From Candidatus Aenigmatarchaeota archaeon (GTDB lineage: Archaea; Aenigmatarchaeota; Aenigmatarchaeia; GW2011-AR5), in NCBI GenBank assembly GCA_016198685.1, contig JACQID010000006.1, positions 160,001 through 224,000 on the forward strand: a stretch of 64,000 nt of DNA. Reading direction: 5' to 3'. How positions within the stretch are numbered: the stretch's first letter is position 1; the number at the start of each line of letters is the position of its first letter. The position numbers were made by a program, and so were the translations under genes. Of the stretch, positions 45,255 to 54,692 are shown in pieces. The notes below the pieces were generated by a model, which saw only the letters and a program-made list of their open reading frames with translations, had not been told where the DNA came from and searched no databases.

Positions 45255-45410
45255 ATGGCCGAAAAGAAAATGAACATGCCTCAGGGCATGGCAGGTCTTA
45301 CGCGATATTACGACGTAAAAGAAGGCGCAATCAGGGTTTCCCCAAAAGCGGTTGTAGCGCTTGCAACAGGCTTCTCATTATTCATCGTCATCCTTAATGC
45401 TGTTGCTTAA
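45255..45410 (+). CDS. secG: Preprotein translocase subunit SecG/Sec61beta (51 aa)
   Basis: Hand translation MAEKKMNMPQGMAGLTRYYDVKEGAIRVSPKAVVALATGFSLFIVIL. Confidence 0.9.
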   Translation: MAEKKMNMPQGMAGLTRYYDVKEGAIRVSPKAVVALATGFSLFIVILNAVA

Positions 45411-45501
45411 CTGTACTGAAGGGCATAATTAATCTTTTTTCTTAATTCTTCGTAAGAATCAAAAATCAAATGCTTAACTGTACTGAAGGGCATAATTAAT
45501 C
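45404..45501. repeat. Perfect 31-bp direct repeat (45404-45434, 45471-45501) flanking a 36-bp insert at the secG 3' end
   Basis: tgcttaactgtactgaagggcataattaatc occurs twice; the insert contains ATTCTT-CGT-AAGAAT. Confidence 0.92.
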
Positions 45502-45587
45502 CCCGATTATGACGCCTTTAATTTATATGATTTGCGCGAGAATTAATGTCTTTAGGTATATTTCTTGGTGCGTATCCATGAATTCTT

Positions 45588-46382
45588 ATGAAAATCAGGA
45601 TAGGCACGGCAGGCTCGCCCACGGGCAGCAACATGACAGGCATAGCTGTGACTGAAAAAGCAGGGTTGCACGCGATGGAAGTGCAATTCGGGCGGGGCAT
45701 ACAGATGGGCAATGATCTTGCCGAAAAAATAGGGGAAGAACGGAAAAAATATAGTATAGGCCTCAGCGTGCACGCGCCCTATTACATAAACCTTCTTTCA
45801 GACAAGGCAGAAGCAAGCAGACAGAGGATAATAGATTCCTGCGATCGGGCAAAGCGCATGGGAGCTTCGCCAGTAGTTTTCCATCCGGGATATTACGGAA
45901 AGCTTTCGAAGCAAGAGGCTTACGAAGAAGCAAAAAGGCAGATATCCATTATACTCGATAAAGTCAAAGGATGGGGTGTTGAAATCGCTCCTGAGAATAC
46001 AGGTAAGGACACGCAATTTGGCACAATCGAAGAAGTTCTTGGACTAGCCAACGACCTCAAAACGTCTTTCTGCATGGACATAGCCCATTTCCGGGCGAAG
46101 TATCGAGGCAAAGAGAACCTTGATGATATGTTCGCCATGGTCCCAAAAAAACACGTTCATTTTCAGTATTCGGGCGTCGAATGGAATTCCGGAGGAGAGA
46201 AGCAACATCTACCCATAGAAAAGGCGCATTTCACGGACTTTGCCCGGAAGATTCTTGAAAGAAAAACCGACTGCACGATAATATGCGAGTCTCCCGACAC
46301 GTTTGAAGACGCGCAGAAAATGAAGAAAATATTTGAAGATTTAGGCTGGGAATTCGAGGCGCAAAAGCGAAGTAAAAGCTAA
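45588..46382 (+). CDS. nfo: Endonuclease IV (AP endonuclease family 2)
   Basis: AMEVQF, SVHAPYYINL, VFHPG, PENTGK, CMDIAH and IICESP motifs. Confidence 0.92.
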   Translation: MKIRIGTAGSPTGSNMTGIAVTEKAGLHAMEVQFGRGIQMGNDLAEKIGEERKKYSIGLSVHAPYYINLLSDKAEASRQRIIDSCDRAKRMGASPVVFHPGYYGKLSKQEAYEEAKRQISIILDKVKGWGVEIAPENTGKDTQFGTIEEVLGLANDLKTSFCMDIAHFRAKYRGKENLDDMFAMVPKKHVHFQYSGVEWNSGGEKQHLPIEKAHFTDFARKILERKTDCTIICESPDTFEDAQKMKKIFEDLGWEFEAQKRSKS

Positions 46383-46409
46383 TTAATTCATGTCGTTAAT
46401 AATATACTT

Positions 46410-47252
46410 ATGATTCTTGTGACTGGCGGAGCCGGTTTCATAGGCTCGCATCTCGTAAAAAAGCTGCAAAAAGGCGGCAATCATGTAAGAGTTCTTGACA
46501 ATCTCTGTTCAGGGAAAAAAGAGAATGTCTCGGGCGTTGATTTCGTGGTGGGCGATGTAAAATCCGAGATAGATGTATCGAAAGTCGTCAAAGGATGCGA
46601 ATATGTGTTTCATCTGGCGGCTTTGACTGATGCGCGCGATATGGGCGATGACGTTTTCAAGGTCAATTTCTTAGGGTCAAAGAATGTCTTTGCCGCGGCA
46701 GAAAGACACGGAGCCAAAGTCATATTTGCATCGTCAGCTGCGGTCTACGGGGAAGGGACTGCGACTGAAGACTCACCTTTGAAGCCGTTAAATGACTACG
46801 GCAAGAGCAAGGCCAAGGCCGAAAAACTGCTGAAAAGCGGGTTCATAGCAAGACTCTTCAATGTCTACGGGCCCGCTGGCAAAAGCGTGATAAACAGATT
46901 TGTCAAGGGCATCTGTGCCGGAAACGGCAACATAACAATTTACGGAAGCGGCCTTCAGACGAGGGATTATGTTTATGTTGACGATGTGGTTGACGCACTC
47001 ATGCTTGGCATGAACAGCGAAGGAATATACAATGTAGGAACAGGCTCCGAGACTTCTTTGTTGAACTTGGTCACGATGATAGAGAGATCCTGCGGTGCCG
47101 GCACTTCTATAAAATTTGAAGATGCAAAAAATGAGATTCAAAGGAGCAAGGCTATCATAACGAAAATAAAGGCGATAGGCTGGTCGCCAAAAGTTGCGCT
47201 TGAAGAAGGCATAAGACGCATATCTAGCGCTTCTTCAGGGCGTTCCGCATGA
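46410..47252 (+). CDS. NAD-dependent epimerase/dehydratase (UDP-glucose 4-epimerase-like)
   Basis: TGGAGFIGSH, ASSAAVYG, YGKSK and RDYVYVDD motifs. Confidence 0.93.
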   Translation: MILVTGGAGFIGSHLVKKLQKGGNHVRVLDNLCSGKKENVSGVDFVVGDVKSEIDVSKVVKGCEYVFHLAALTDARDMGDDVFKVNFLGSKNVFAAAERHGAKVIFASSAAVYGEGTATEDSPLKPLNDYGKSKAKAEKLLKSGFIARLFNVYGPAGKSVINRFVKGICAGNGNITIYGSGLQTRDYVYVDDVVDALMLGMNSEGIYNVGTGSETSLLNLVTMIERSCGAGTSIKFEDAKNEIQRSKAIITKIKAIGWSPKVALEEGIRRISSASSGRSA

Positions 47253-47925
47253 CATATTTGAAATCTATCCAATAATCTTTCATGCTTCTTTCGCGTCTCC
47301 TCATGAGAAACAGGAAGTTCTTTACTCCGTCTGCAATTCCCACGCCTTTGACATATACGGGAGAGGCTATCGGGACATTGGTGTATTTTATGTTGTTTCT
47401 GCCGACTTCAAATATTATTTCCACTGCAATCTCATAACGTTCTGCAATCAAGCGCAGTTTCTTTAGCGAGTCTGCGCTAAAGGCGCGGGATCCTGATTCC
47501 GTGTCTTTCAGTGACGTTCCTGAGATGAAGTTTGTTGCCGCATTAAGGAAAAGATTGCCGAATTTCTTGATAAAAGGGTATTTTGACAGGTCACGCCTGC
47601 CAAGGACAAAGCCGTATCCCTGCTTTATTTTCTCAATGAGTTTAGGAATGTCTGCAGGGTCATGCTGGCCGTCGGCATCTATTGTTATGATAATGTCGGC
47701 CTTCATGGAAAGCGCCTTTGAAAAGCCGGTTCTCAGGGCAGAACCCAGGCCGCGATTCTGTTCGTGGCTCACTACAGTCGCTCCTGCTTTGCGCGCAAGC
47801 GATGCGGTAGCGTCGAAAGAAGCATCATCTACGACAATGATCTTATCAACAAAAGACTTAGTGCGTTGCACTGCCGAGAAAACGGTTTTTTCTTCATTGT
47901 ATGCCGGCATTACTGCTATTATCAT
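47224..47925 (-). CDS. GT2 glycosyltransferase (dolichol-phosphate mannosyltransferase-like)
   Basis: PAYNEE, VVDDASFD, IDADGQH and DTESGSRA motifs. Confidence 0.93.
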   Translation of the reverse strand: MIIAVMPAYNEEKTVFSAVQRTKSFVDKIIVVDDASFDATASLARKAGATVVSHEQNRGLGSALRTGFSKALSMKADIIITIDADGQHDPADIPKLIEKIKQGYGFVLGRRDLSKYPFIKKFGNLFLNAATNFISGTSLKDTESGSRAFSADSLKKLRLIAERYEIAVEIIFEVGRNNIKYTNVPIASPVYVKGVGIADGVKNFLFLMRRRERSMKDYWIDFKYVMRNALKKR

Positions 47926-47948
47926 CGAGTTGAATTGTTAACGAGCCC

Positions 47949-48269
47949 TTAAATTTCAATGCTTGTCATGTACCTAATGGAGCGGCCGAGCCTATAAGCA
48001 GGCTTTGCAACTTTTTCCAGAAACCTTGAAAACCTGGCGGCTCGGTCGGGATTCTCGGGCCAGAAGTCCTTTGCAATGGATTCGGCATTGTAAGATTTTT
48101 TTGCGGTGAGCCCCCTCTGGAAATTAGAGATGGGAGTGCAGATAGGAGCTTGGGTATAGAAGGTAATGTAGGCTCCCATATCAGCCATCAAATCAACGAA
48201 GGGATACAACCTATTTAGAGGCAAACTCAACATCCTCTTTTTTGACAGTACGCCGGCCGGCATGTTCAC
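47949..48269 (-). CDS. Hypothetical protein (true start probably about 48185)
   Basis: The ORF overlaps the histone 3' end; no family recognised. Confidence 0.4.
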   Translation of the reverse strand: MNMPAGVLSKKRMLSLPLNRLYPFVDLMADMGAYITFYTQAPICTPISNFQRGLTAKKSYNAESIAKDFWPENPDRAARFSRFLEKVAKPAYRLGRSIRYMTSIEI

Positions 48270-48405
48270 AGAGCTTCACAGCGCTTGCTGCGATGGAAGA
48301 ACCATATTCTTCGGTCAAATCCCGGAGCTCAGCGGCGGCTTCTCTTGCCATCCTCTTGGCGCCGGCCTTTTTGGCAAGTTTTTCGAACGGCAACATCGGT
48401 AACAT
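48211..48405 (-). CDS. Archaeal histone (HMf/HTk family)
   Basis: LPMLPFEKLAKKAGAKRMAREAA...AVKLCEHAGRRTVKKEDV histone-fold signature. Confidence 0.92.
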   Translation of the reverse strand: MLPMLPFEKLAKKAGAKRMAREAAAELRDLTEEYGSSIAASAVKLCEHAGRRTVKKEDVEFASK

Positions 48406-48556
48406 AGCTATATTTAGCTTCGCATGAATAAAAACCTCCTGTTCCGGGTTTAAAATAGCGAAATCTTTAAATACTTTATTGCTAGAATTTAGAGTTTAGA
48501 GGGCAAATGCTGTGTTACTTCATGGAAGTGACAAATAGTTTTTTCATATATAGAGG

Positions 48557-49492
48557 GTGATGATAATGGCAATTAGTAAATGTCCGGAATGCGGTTCAAC
48601 CAAATTCTATAATGATCCCGACCGCGCAGAGAAGACCTGCGCCAAATGCGGGATGGTAATAGAAGGAAATATTATAGATGTAGGTCAGGAATGGCGTGCT
48701 TTCGACTATGAACAGAAAGTCAAGCGCGCAAGAACAGGCGCTCCACTGACGCACAAGAGGCATGATAAAGGCCTTACTACAGAAATAGGAAAAGGTTCTA
48801 CTGAATTGTTCAAAGTTCCTGCAAAGAAAAGAGGGCAGTTCTTCAGGATAAGGAAATGGCAGAAGAGACTGCTCACAAGCAAGGACAGGAACATGTCTTT
48901 TGCAATGAGCGAACTGCAGAGGCTTGTTTCTTACTTAGGGTTGCCTAAGACGTTGCATGAAGAAGTTGCAAAGCTCTATGAGAAGGCGCTTCAGAAAGGC
49001 CTTGTCAGGGGAAGATCTATAGAAAGCATAATAGCTGCTCTTGTATATTCGCTTTCCAGAGAGTACCATACTCCAAGAACGTTGACTGAAATCTCCCAAG
49101 CTTCCGGTATAGGCAAGCGTGAGCTGGGAAGAACATACAGATACATTTCAAGAAAGCTTGACATAAGAATCCTGCCTGCAAGAGCCGATACATACATTCC
49201 AAGATTCTCTTCGATGCTCAAGCTCTCCGACAGGACGCAGATACATGCAATAAAGATACTCAAAGCTGCCAAGGATAAAGATGTTATTTCTGGCAAGGGG
49301 CCGACGGGGTGCGCCGCCGCCGCAATATACATCGCTTCAGTTCTCGAAGGCGAGAGGAAGACGCAGAGAGAAGTTGCCGATGTTGTAGGCGTAACAGAAG
49401 TTACAATCAGAAACCGCTACAAGGAAATGGCAGAAGCGCTCAACATAGAAGAAGAAGTCGAGAAGAAGGCCAAGGAAGAAGAAGTGAAGTAA
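48557..49492 (+). CDS. tfb: Transcription initiation factor IIB
   Basis: CPECG...CAKCG Zn ribbon, B-reader EWRAF, and two cyclin repeats. Confidence 0.97.
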   Translation: MMIMAISKCPECGSTKFYNDPDRAEKTCAKCGMVIEGNIIDVGQEWRAFDYEQKVKRARTGAPLTHKRHDKGLTTEIGKGSTELFKVPAKKRGQFFRIRKWQKRLLTSKDRNMSFAMSELQRLVSYLGLPKTLHEEVAKLYEKALQKGLVRGRSIESIIAALVYSLSREYHTPRTLTEISQASGIGKRELGRTYRYISRKLDIRILPARADTYIPRFSSMLKLSDRTQIHAIKILKAAKDKDVISGKGPTGCAAAAIYIASVLEGERKTQREVADVVGVTEVTIRNRYKEMAEALNIEEEVEKKAKEEEVK

Positions 49493-50086
49493 TTATCTGA
49501 ACAACAATTCTGGGTCGTAGCCTTGTTCCTTAAGGTAATTCCTTATATCTCGCAGGCCGACTTTAACGCGCGTTCTTATTGTGCTTGCGGGGATGCCGGT
49601 TTGCCGCTGCATAGTAGAATATTTGACTCCCTGAAGATGCATAATTATTGCTTCTCTCGTGTTTTCCGGCAGGGCGTTTATGGCAGTAATTGCGGCATCG
49701 GCCGCATCCTGTACAACAATCATGCAGGTGAAATCAGGCGAGGAAGACAATGCTGCGTCAGCGTAATAGATGAACTCAGGTCGATTGCCGGGATTTCTTC
49801 CTGTGTTATGCCTTTGCTTGTCGATTGAGGCATTACGCACTATAGTGTACATCCAGCCACGGAACCCTGCTTTGTTTGAAGTGTCAAACCCTATCCGGGG
49901 CTCGTTATATACACGATGAATTTTTAGGAGAGCGTCATGCAAACACTCTTCCGAATCTTCAGGAGAAAGCCCCCTACCGACAAGATAGGAACGCAATTCA
50001 TGCGAATAATGCTGGTAAAGGTGTTCTATGACATCTTCAGGATTCTCCTTGCCGGTAAGATTTTGCAGATAAGGGTCTTGGATCAT
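49493..50086 (-). CDS. ECF sigma-70-like protein (regions 2 and 4)
   Basis: LYQHYSHELRSYL...EDSEECLHDALLKI, FRGWMYTIVRNASIDKQR, and ALPENTREAI...TGIPASTIRTR. Confidence 0.8.
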   Translation of the reverse strand: MIQDPYLQNLTGKENPEDVIEHLYQHYSHELRSYLVGRGLSPEDSEECLHDALLKIHRVYNEPRIGFDTSNKAGFRGWMYTIVRNASIDKQRHNTGRNPGNRPEFIYYADAALSSSPDFTCMIVVQDAADAAITAINALPENTREAIIMHLQGVKYSTMQRQTGIPASTIRTRVKVGLRDIRNYLKEQGYDPELLFR

Positions 50087-50120
50087 GATATGAGATTAGA
50101 AAAAAATATTTAAGCGGGCA

Positions 50121-50984
50121 CTATTCGAGCATTCTGACGGAATCTATAGTGCCGTCGCCGTCTTCGTCGATCCCTTCGACAATGGCATAGCCTTTTTCGA
50201 GCTCCTGCTTATAGCGAAATATGGCAAGTATTGCGGCCTTTGTACCGGAATGCCTTCTGCCTGCAAGCAGGAGTATGCTGGCGTCTTTGTTAAGAGGATT
50301 TTTTGCTTTGATTAGAAATCCGACATCGTCTGATTTGTAAGTCTTTCCGGTGTATGAAGAATATATGTTGCTCCCTGCAAAACGTACAGGCAAGGAAGGG
50401 TTCACGAGTTTTGTTACCTTGTTTGTAACAGGCCCGCCCACTATTACGAGGTTATCGTTCATTTCTTCTTTGCCTATGCCTGTATCAAGCAGGACCGAAG
50501 GCGACGCATTGGCTATGCAGGAGCCGATGAAAAGCGCCAAGTCTACTGCATAATAAGCATCACGCGATCTTGCCTTCTCAGGGCCGTGGGGATCAGGGGA
50601 GCCTATGACGATCTTCGCGTTTAGAATGCCGTTTTTTATGAAAGCGGAAAGGAAGCCGGAATATGACGGAGGTCGTTCTGCCGGGACAAAATCTGCAAAG
50701 CGCATCACAAAGGCAGGCCTCGTGAGAGAATAGATTTTTGCGACAGCGCCCCCTATAGCCTCGTGCCGTTCGGCGCGGATAATTTTCATTTTCTCCATTT
50801 TCCGCATATGATAGTATATTTTCTGCTCGTCTTCTTTCAAGAAACGTGATATTTCTTTCGGATATGAAGGCTTCTTTGCAAGATGCTGAAGGATCCTTAT
50901 TGCGAGCTTTGATCGCGGAAATTCCTCAATCTCTTTCGCCGCGATCAACTCCTTTCCGTTTTTATAATCCCGTACTACGAACAT
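50121..50984 (-). CDS. ArsR-like winged-HTH protein fused to an S-layer C-terminal-like domain
   Basis: KPSYPKEIS...QKIYYHMRKM HTH; NLVIVGGPVTN...ILLLAG...GTKAA domain. Confidence 0.7.
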   Translation of the reverse strand: MFVVRDYKNGKELIAAKEIEEFPRSKLAIRILQHLAKKPSYPKEISRFLKEDEQKIYYHMRKMEKMKIIRAERHEAIGGAVAKIYSLTRPAFVMRFADFVPAERPPSYSGFLSAFIKNGILNAKIVIGSPDPHGPEKARSRDAYYAVDLALFIGSCIANASPSVLLDTGIGKEEMNDNLVIVGGPVTNKVTKLVNPSLPVRFAGSNIYSSYTGKTYKSDDVGFLIKAKNPLNKDASILLLAGRRHSGTKAAILAIFRYKQELEKGYAIVEGIDEDGDGTIDSVRMLE

Positions 50985-51065
50985 ATTATCACTAAAAATT
51001 ACTTTTTACTGATATTATAAATTTTTTACTATAAGTATTTAAAAGGCCTGAGTTCATGTAAAACG

Positions 51066-52223
51066 ATGAAAATAATATTTTTTGCCGCCGGAAAAGGCGA
51101 AAGAATGATGCCTTTGACGCAAGATTCATCAAAAGTCATGCTGCCGGTTGGCAATAAGCCGTTTATTCAATGGTCCTTGGAAGCTGCAGGAAAGATAGGG
51201 CCTATAAGCATTGTTTGCAGAGCCGACCAGAAAGATGTGCAATTTCTAGCCCGGAGCATCGGCGCGGAAATCATAATCCAGGAAAAGCCGCTTGGCACTT
51301 TGGATGCATTGAAATCCTGTAAGCCGCACGTTGCAGGCGATTTCTTGCTCGTCAATGGTGACTGCATGTTTTCAGAGAAAGACATGATAAAAATTGCGTC
51401 ATGCAACGCCAATGCCATGGGAATCCTGCGCGTACAATCAGTGAAGAATTTCGGTGCCGTGGAATCTTCAGGCGGGATCCTGCAACGCATACGCGAAAAG
51501 CCTTCCGAAGGCGGGGAAGGATTTGCAAATGCGGCCATATACCGTTTCACCAAAGATATATTTGATTATATAGGTGCGCCTATCTCCAAGAGGGGCGAGT
51601 ACGAACTTACCGATGCTATAAATACCATGGCAAAACGCTTCAATATACAGACCATCGAAGTTCCGAGCTGGATTACGCTGACATACCCTTGGGATATTCT
51701 TGACGTGAATCAGAAGGTTCTTGACAGTTTCGGTAGCGTGATAGCCAAAGGCGCGGAAATAAGGAGCGGGTGCGTCATAGAAGAGCCGGTGGCAATAGAC
51801 GAAGGGGCAGTAATAGGCCCGAACTCTTACATAAGAAAATATTCGTCAATAGGGAAAGGCTGCCATATAGGAAATGCAGTCGAAATCAAAAGTTCTGTAA
51901 TAATGGAAGGAAGCAAAATACCGCATCTTTCGTATGTGGGCGACTCCATTGTCGGGAAAAGATGCAATCTTGGAGCAGGCTTCATCAGTGCAAACCTGCG
52001 GCTCAATGAGCAGAACGTAGGCTCGCTCGTTAAGGGAGTTGCTGTTGATAGCGGCAGGAAAAAGCTGGGCGCGATAATAGGTGATGATGTTAAGACAGGC
52101 GTGCGCGTATCGGTCATGCCGGGCAAGAAGATATGGCCGGGCATTGCAGTGCCCGCAGGAGCTATAATAAAAAATGATGTTGAAAAGCAGCCGAATATAT
52201 CGAAAATGGGGAAAGTGATATAG
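51066..52223 (+). CDS. glmU: Bifunctional sugar-1-phosphate nucleotidylyltransferase/acetyltransferase (GlmU-like)
   Basis: AAGKGERMMPLT, RGEYELTDAI, hexapeptide left-handed beta-helix and HLSYVGDS; adjacent to glmS. Confidence 0.88.
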   Translation: MKIIFFAAGKGERMMPLTQDSSKVMLPVGNKPFIQWSLEAAGKIGPISIVCRADQKDVQFLARSIGAEIIIQEKPLGTLDALKSCKPHVAGDFLLVNGDCMFSEKDMIKIASCNANAMGILRVQSVKNFGAVESSGGILQRIREKPSEGGEGFANAAIYRFTKDIFDYIGAPISKRGEYELTDAINTMAKRFNIQTIEVPSWITLTYPWDILDVNQKVLDSFGSVIAKGAEIRSGCVIEEPVAIDEGAVIGPNSYIRKYSSIGKGCHIGNAVEIKSSVIMEGSKIPHLSYVGDSIVGKRCNLGAGFISANLRLNEQNVGSLVKGVAVDSGRKKLGAIIGDDVKTGVRVSVMPGKKIWPGIAVPAGAIIKNDVEKQPNISKMGKVI

Positions 52224-53945
52224 ATGTGCGGAATCGTGGGATTTGCGTTCAGAGATTCCTTTGAGATTAAGGATAGCGTGAAAGCGCTCAAGAGGCTTGA
52301 GTACAGGGGCTATGATTCTTTTGGGTATGCCGACAATAATGGCGTTGTCGGAAAACATGTGGGCGAAATAGCCATCGATAAAGTCCCTGCATTAAATACG
52401 AAAATTGCAATAACGCACACGCGATGGAGCACACACGGGGGCGTGACAGAAATGAATGCGCATCCCCATACAGATTGCTCAGGAAAAATAGCCATAGTGC
52501 ACAACGGGATCATAAGCAATTATAGGGAAATAAGGGAAGAAATGGAAAAGGCAGGCCATGCATTCAAGTCGCAGACAGATAGCGAGGCTATAGCTCATTT
52601 TTTTGAAAACAAAAACATCAAAGATGCTGCTCCGGAATTTTTCTCCAAATTCCAGGGGGAATTTGCAGTGCTTCTTGTAAAAAAGGCGGAAGAAAAAATA
52701 TATGCGTTTAAACGGGGCTCTCCGCTTGTGCTTGGGATTGCGCCAGAGGGCAATATACTTGCGAGTGACATCTATGCGTTTTCGGACAGGACAAACAGAG
52801 CCGTATTCTTCAATGAAGACGAATTTGCAGAAATAACTTCAGAAGGATTCACGTTCTATTCCATAACAGATACTACAATTCCTATCGAGAAGGAAATCAC
52901 GGTATTTTCATGGAAAGAAGGCGAGGAACTCGGGGAATATCCTCACTATATGATAAAAGAAATAAAGGAAATACCGCGCGCAGCGAGCCGGCTTCTTCTT
53001 TCTCTTGGCGGAGAGCAGAAACCTGCAGTTGAAAAAGTGGTTAGAATGCTAAAGGATGCCAAGCGGGTAATATTCGTGGCATCAGGAAGTTCATATCATG
53101 CTGCACTGATAGGCGTACAATTCCTGGCACGTGCCGGCATGGAAGCGCGTGCAGTAGTAGCTTCTGAATTCAGGAGCTTCATGCTTCTTGATGAAAATAC
53201 GGTTGCCGTGGCAGTGTCGCAATCCGGAGAAACCATGGATGTCATAGAAGCGATGCGCGGCATAAAGGCAAAGGGCGTTAAGATAGCTTCTCTTGTCAAT
53301 GTCCCTTACTCGACTGTACAGAGGATGTCCAATGCCCACCTGAACATAGGTGCAGGGCAGGAAGTCTGCGTTGCAGCCACGAAGACATTCATCAATCAGG
53401 TGATAACTATGGCATACATGGCATCAATGCTCGGATACAGGGCGGATTTTGCTTCCCTGAATGACTGCATAACAAAAGCGCTGTTGCAGGAAGAACGAAT
53501 AAAGGAGATAGCCGCAGAACTGAAAGATGAGAGAGACATTTACATTCTGGGAAGAGGAGTCTGTTATCCTGTCGCAAGGGAGATAGCGCTCAAGCTCAAG
53601 GAGATCGCCTATGTGCATGCCGAAGGCATGATGGCAGGCGAGCTGAAGCACGGCACGCTAGCGCTCATAGAAAAGGGGACGCCAGTCATATGTCTGATGC
53701 CAAAAAATGACAAAGATATAGTCTCAAGCGCCGAGGAAGTAAAGGCGCGTGGCGCTAAAGTCATATCTTTTACAAGCAACGGCTACGATAGTGAAGAAGG
53801 CGTGAAAATAAATGCCACAGATGCAGCGACTTTCGCTATTGCATCTGCCATAGTCGGACAAATTCTTACATATTATATCGCCATGGGGAAAGGGCTGCCG
53901 ATTGACAAGCCCAGAAATCTTGCAAAAAGCGTTACCGTAAAATAG
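52224..53945 (+). CDS. glmS: Glutamine--fructose-6-phosphate aminotransferase
   Basis: MCGIVG, LEYRGYDS, HTRWSTHG, SQSGET and KPRNLAKSVTVK motifs. Confidence 0.97.
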   Translation: MCGIVGFAFRDSFEIKDSVKALKRLEYRGYDSFGYADNNGVVGKHVGEIAIDKVPALNTKIAITHTRWSTHGGVTEMNAHPHTDCSGKIAIVHNGIISNYREIREEMEKAGHAFKSQTDSEAIAHFFENKNIKDAAPEFFSKFQGEFAVLLVKKAEEKIYAFKRGSPLVLGIAPEGNILASDIYAFSDRTNRAVFFNEDEFAEITSEGFTFYSITDTTIPIEKEITVFSWKEGEELGEYPHYMIKEIKEIPRAASRLLLSLGGEQKPAVEKVVRMLKDAKRVIFVASGSSYHAALIGVQFLARAGMEARAVVASEFRSFMLLDENTVAVAVSQSGETMDVIEAMRGIKAKGVKIASLVNVPYSTVQRMSNAHLNIGAGQEVCVAATKTFINQVITMAYMASMLGYRADFASLNDCITKALLQEERIKEIAAELKDERDIYILGRGVCYPVAREIALKLKEIAYVHAEGMMAGELKHGTLALIEKGTPVICLMPKNDKDIVSSAEEVKARGAKVISFTSNGYDSEEGVKINATDAATFAIASAIVGQILTYYIAMGKGLPIDKPRNLAKSVTVK

Positions 53946-53987
53946 CATATACAGCTTGTTTTATAAAAACTCATAACTTATTATGTT

Positions 53988-54692
53988 ATGGAGAGACACC
54001 ATCATCTTATTCTTTGGGATATCGGAGGAGTGCTCCTCAGGCTCAATTACGGCGAATTCTACGATGAAGGTGCCAGGCTTTCAGGAACGCTCACCCCTGA
54101 GCAGTTCAAAGACGCGTATATAGAGTCAAGAATCGACTATCGCGCAATGAAAGGCGTGCTTGACAAGGCCATGTTTATTTCCGAGCTCCGAAGGATTCTG
54201 AAAAGGCCTATTGCAGAGCAGGATGTAAAGAATTTTCTAAAGCTCTCGCTTGGCAGGCCATATCCTCCTACCTTAGAACTTAAGGAACGTGCCCATCGTT
54301 CAGGATATCCCGTAGGCGTGTTATCGAATGCATCGCAAATAGTTCATGAGATACTTAAGGAGGATTTTCCGGAAACGATTGAAACATTTTCTCGGGAGAA
54401 TCCCGCGGTGTTTTCTTACCAAGTTGGATCTGTAAAGCCCGAGGACGAAATTTACAAGGCGGTTCCCAAATTCGATGAAGTTACGTTCATAGACGACAAA
54501 GTGTCTTATGTGAAGAAAGCCATAGATGATTTCGGATGGAACGGGATATTGTTCACTCCTATCATAGACAAGCATGAAGCAATCAGGGCCGAACACAATG
54601 ACGTAAGAAAACCCCTGAAGAATTTTGCAGAAGCCGGCTCTACGGAGCAGCTTGTCGAGGCATTAAACCGGTTCGGCATCTCCCTGCTTTGA
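53988..54692 (+). CDS. HAD-superfamily phosphatase (YihX-like)
   Basis: WDIGGVL, LSN, KPEDEIY and FIDD motifs. Confidence 0.85.
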   Translation: MERHHHLILWDIGGVLLRLNYGEFYDEGARLSGTLTPEQFKDAYIESRIDYRAMKGVLDKAMFISELRRILKRPIAEQDVKNFLKLSLGRPYPPTLELKERAHRSGYPVGVLSNASQIVHEILKEDFPETIETFSRENPAVFSYQVGSVKPEDEIYKAVPKFDEVTFIDDKVSYVKKAIDDFGWNGILFTPIIDKHEAIRAEHNDVRKPLKNFAEAGSTEQLVEALNRFGISLL

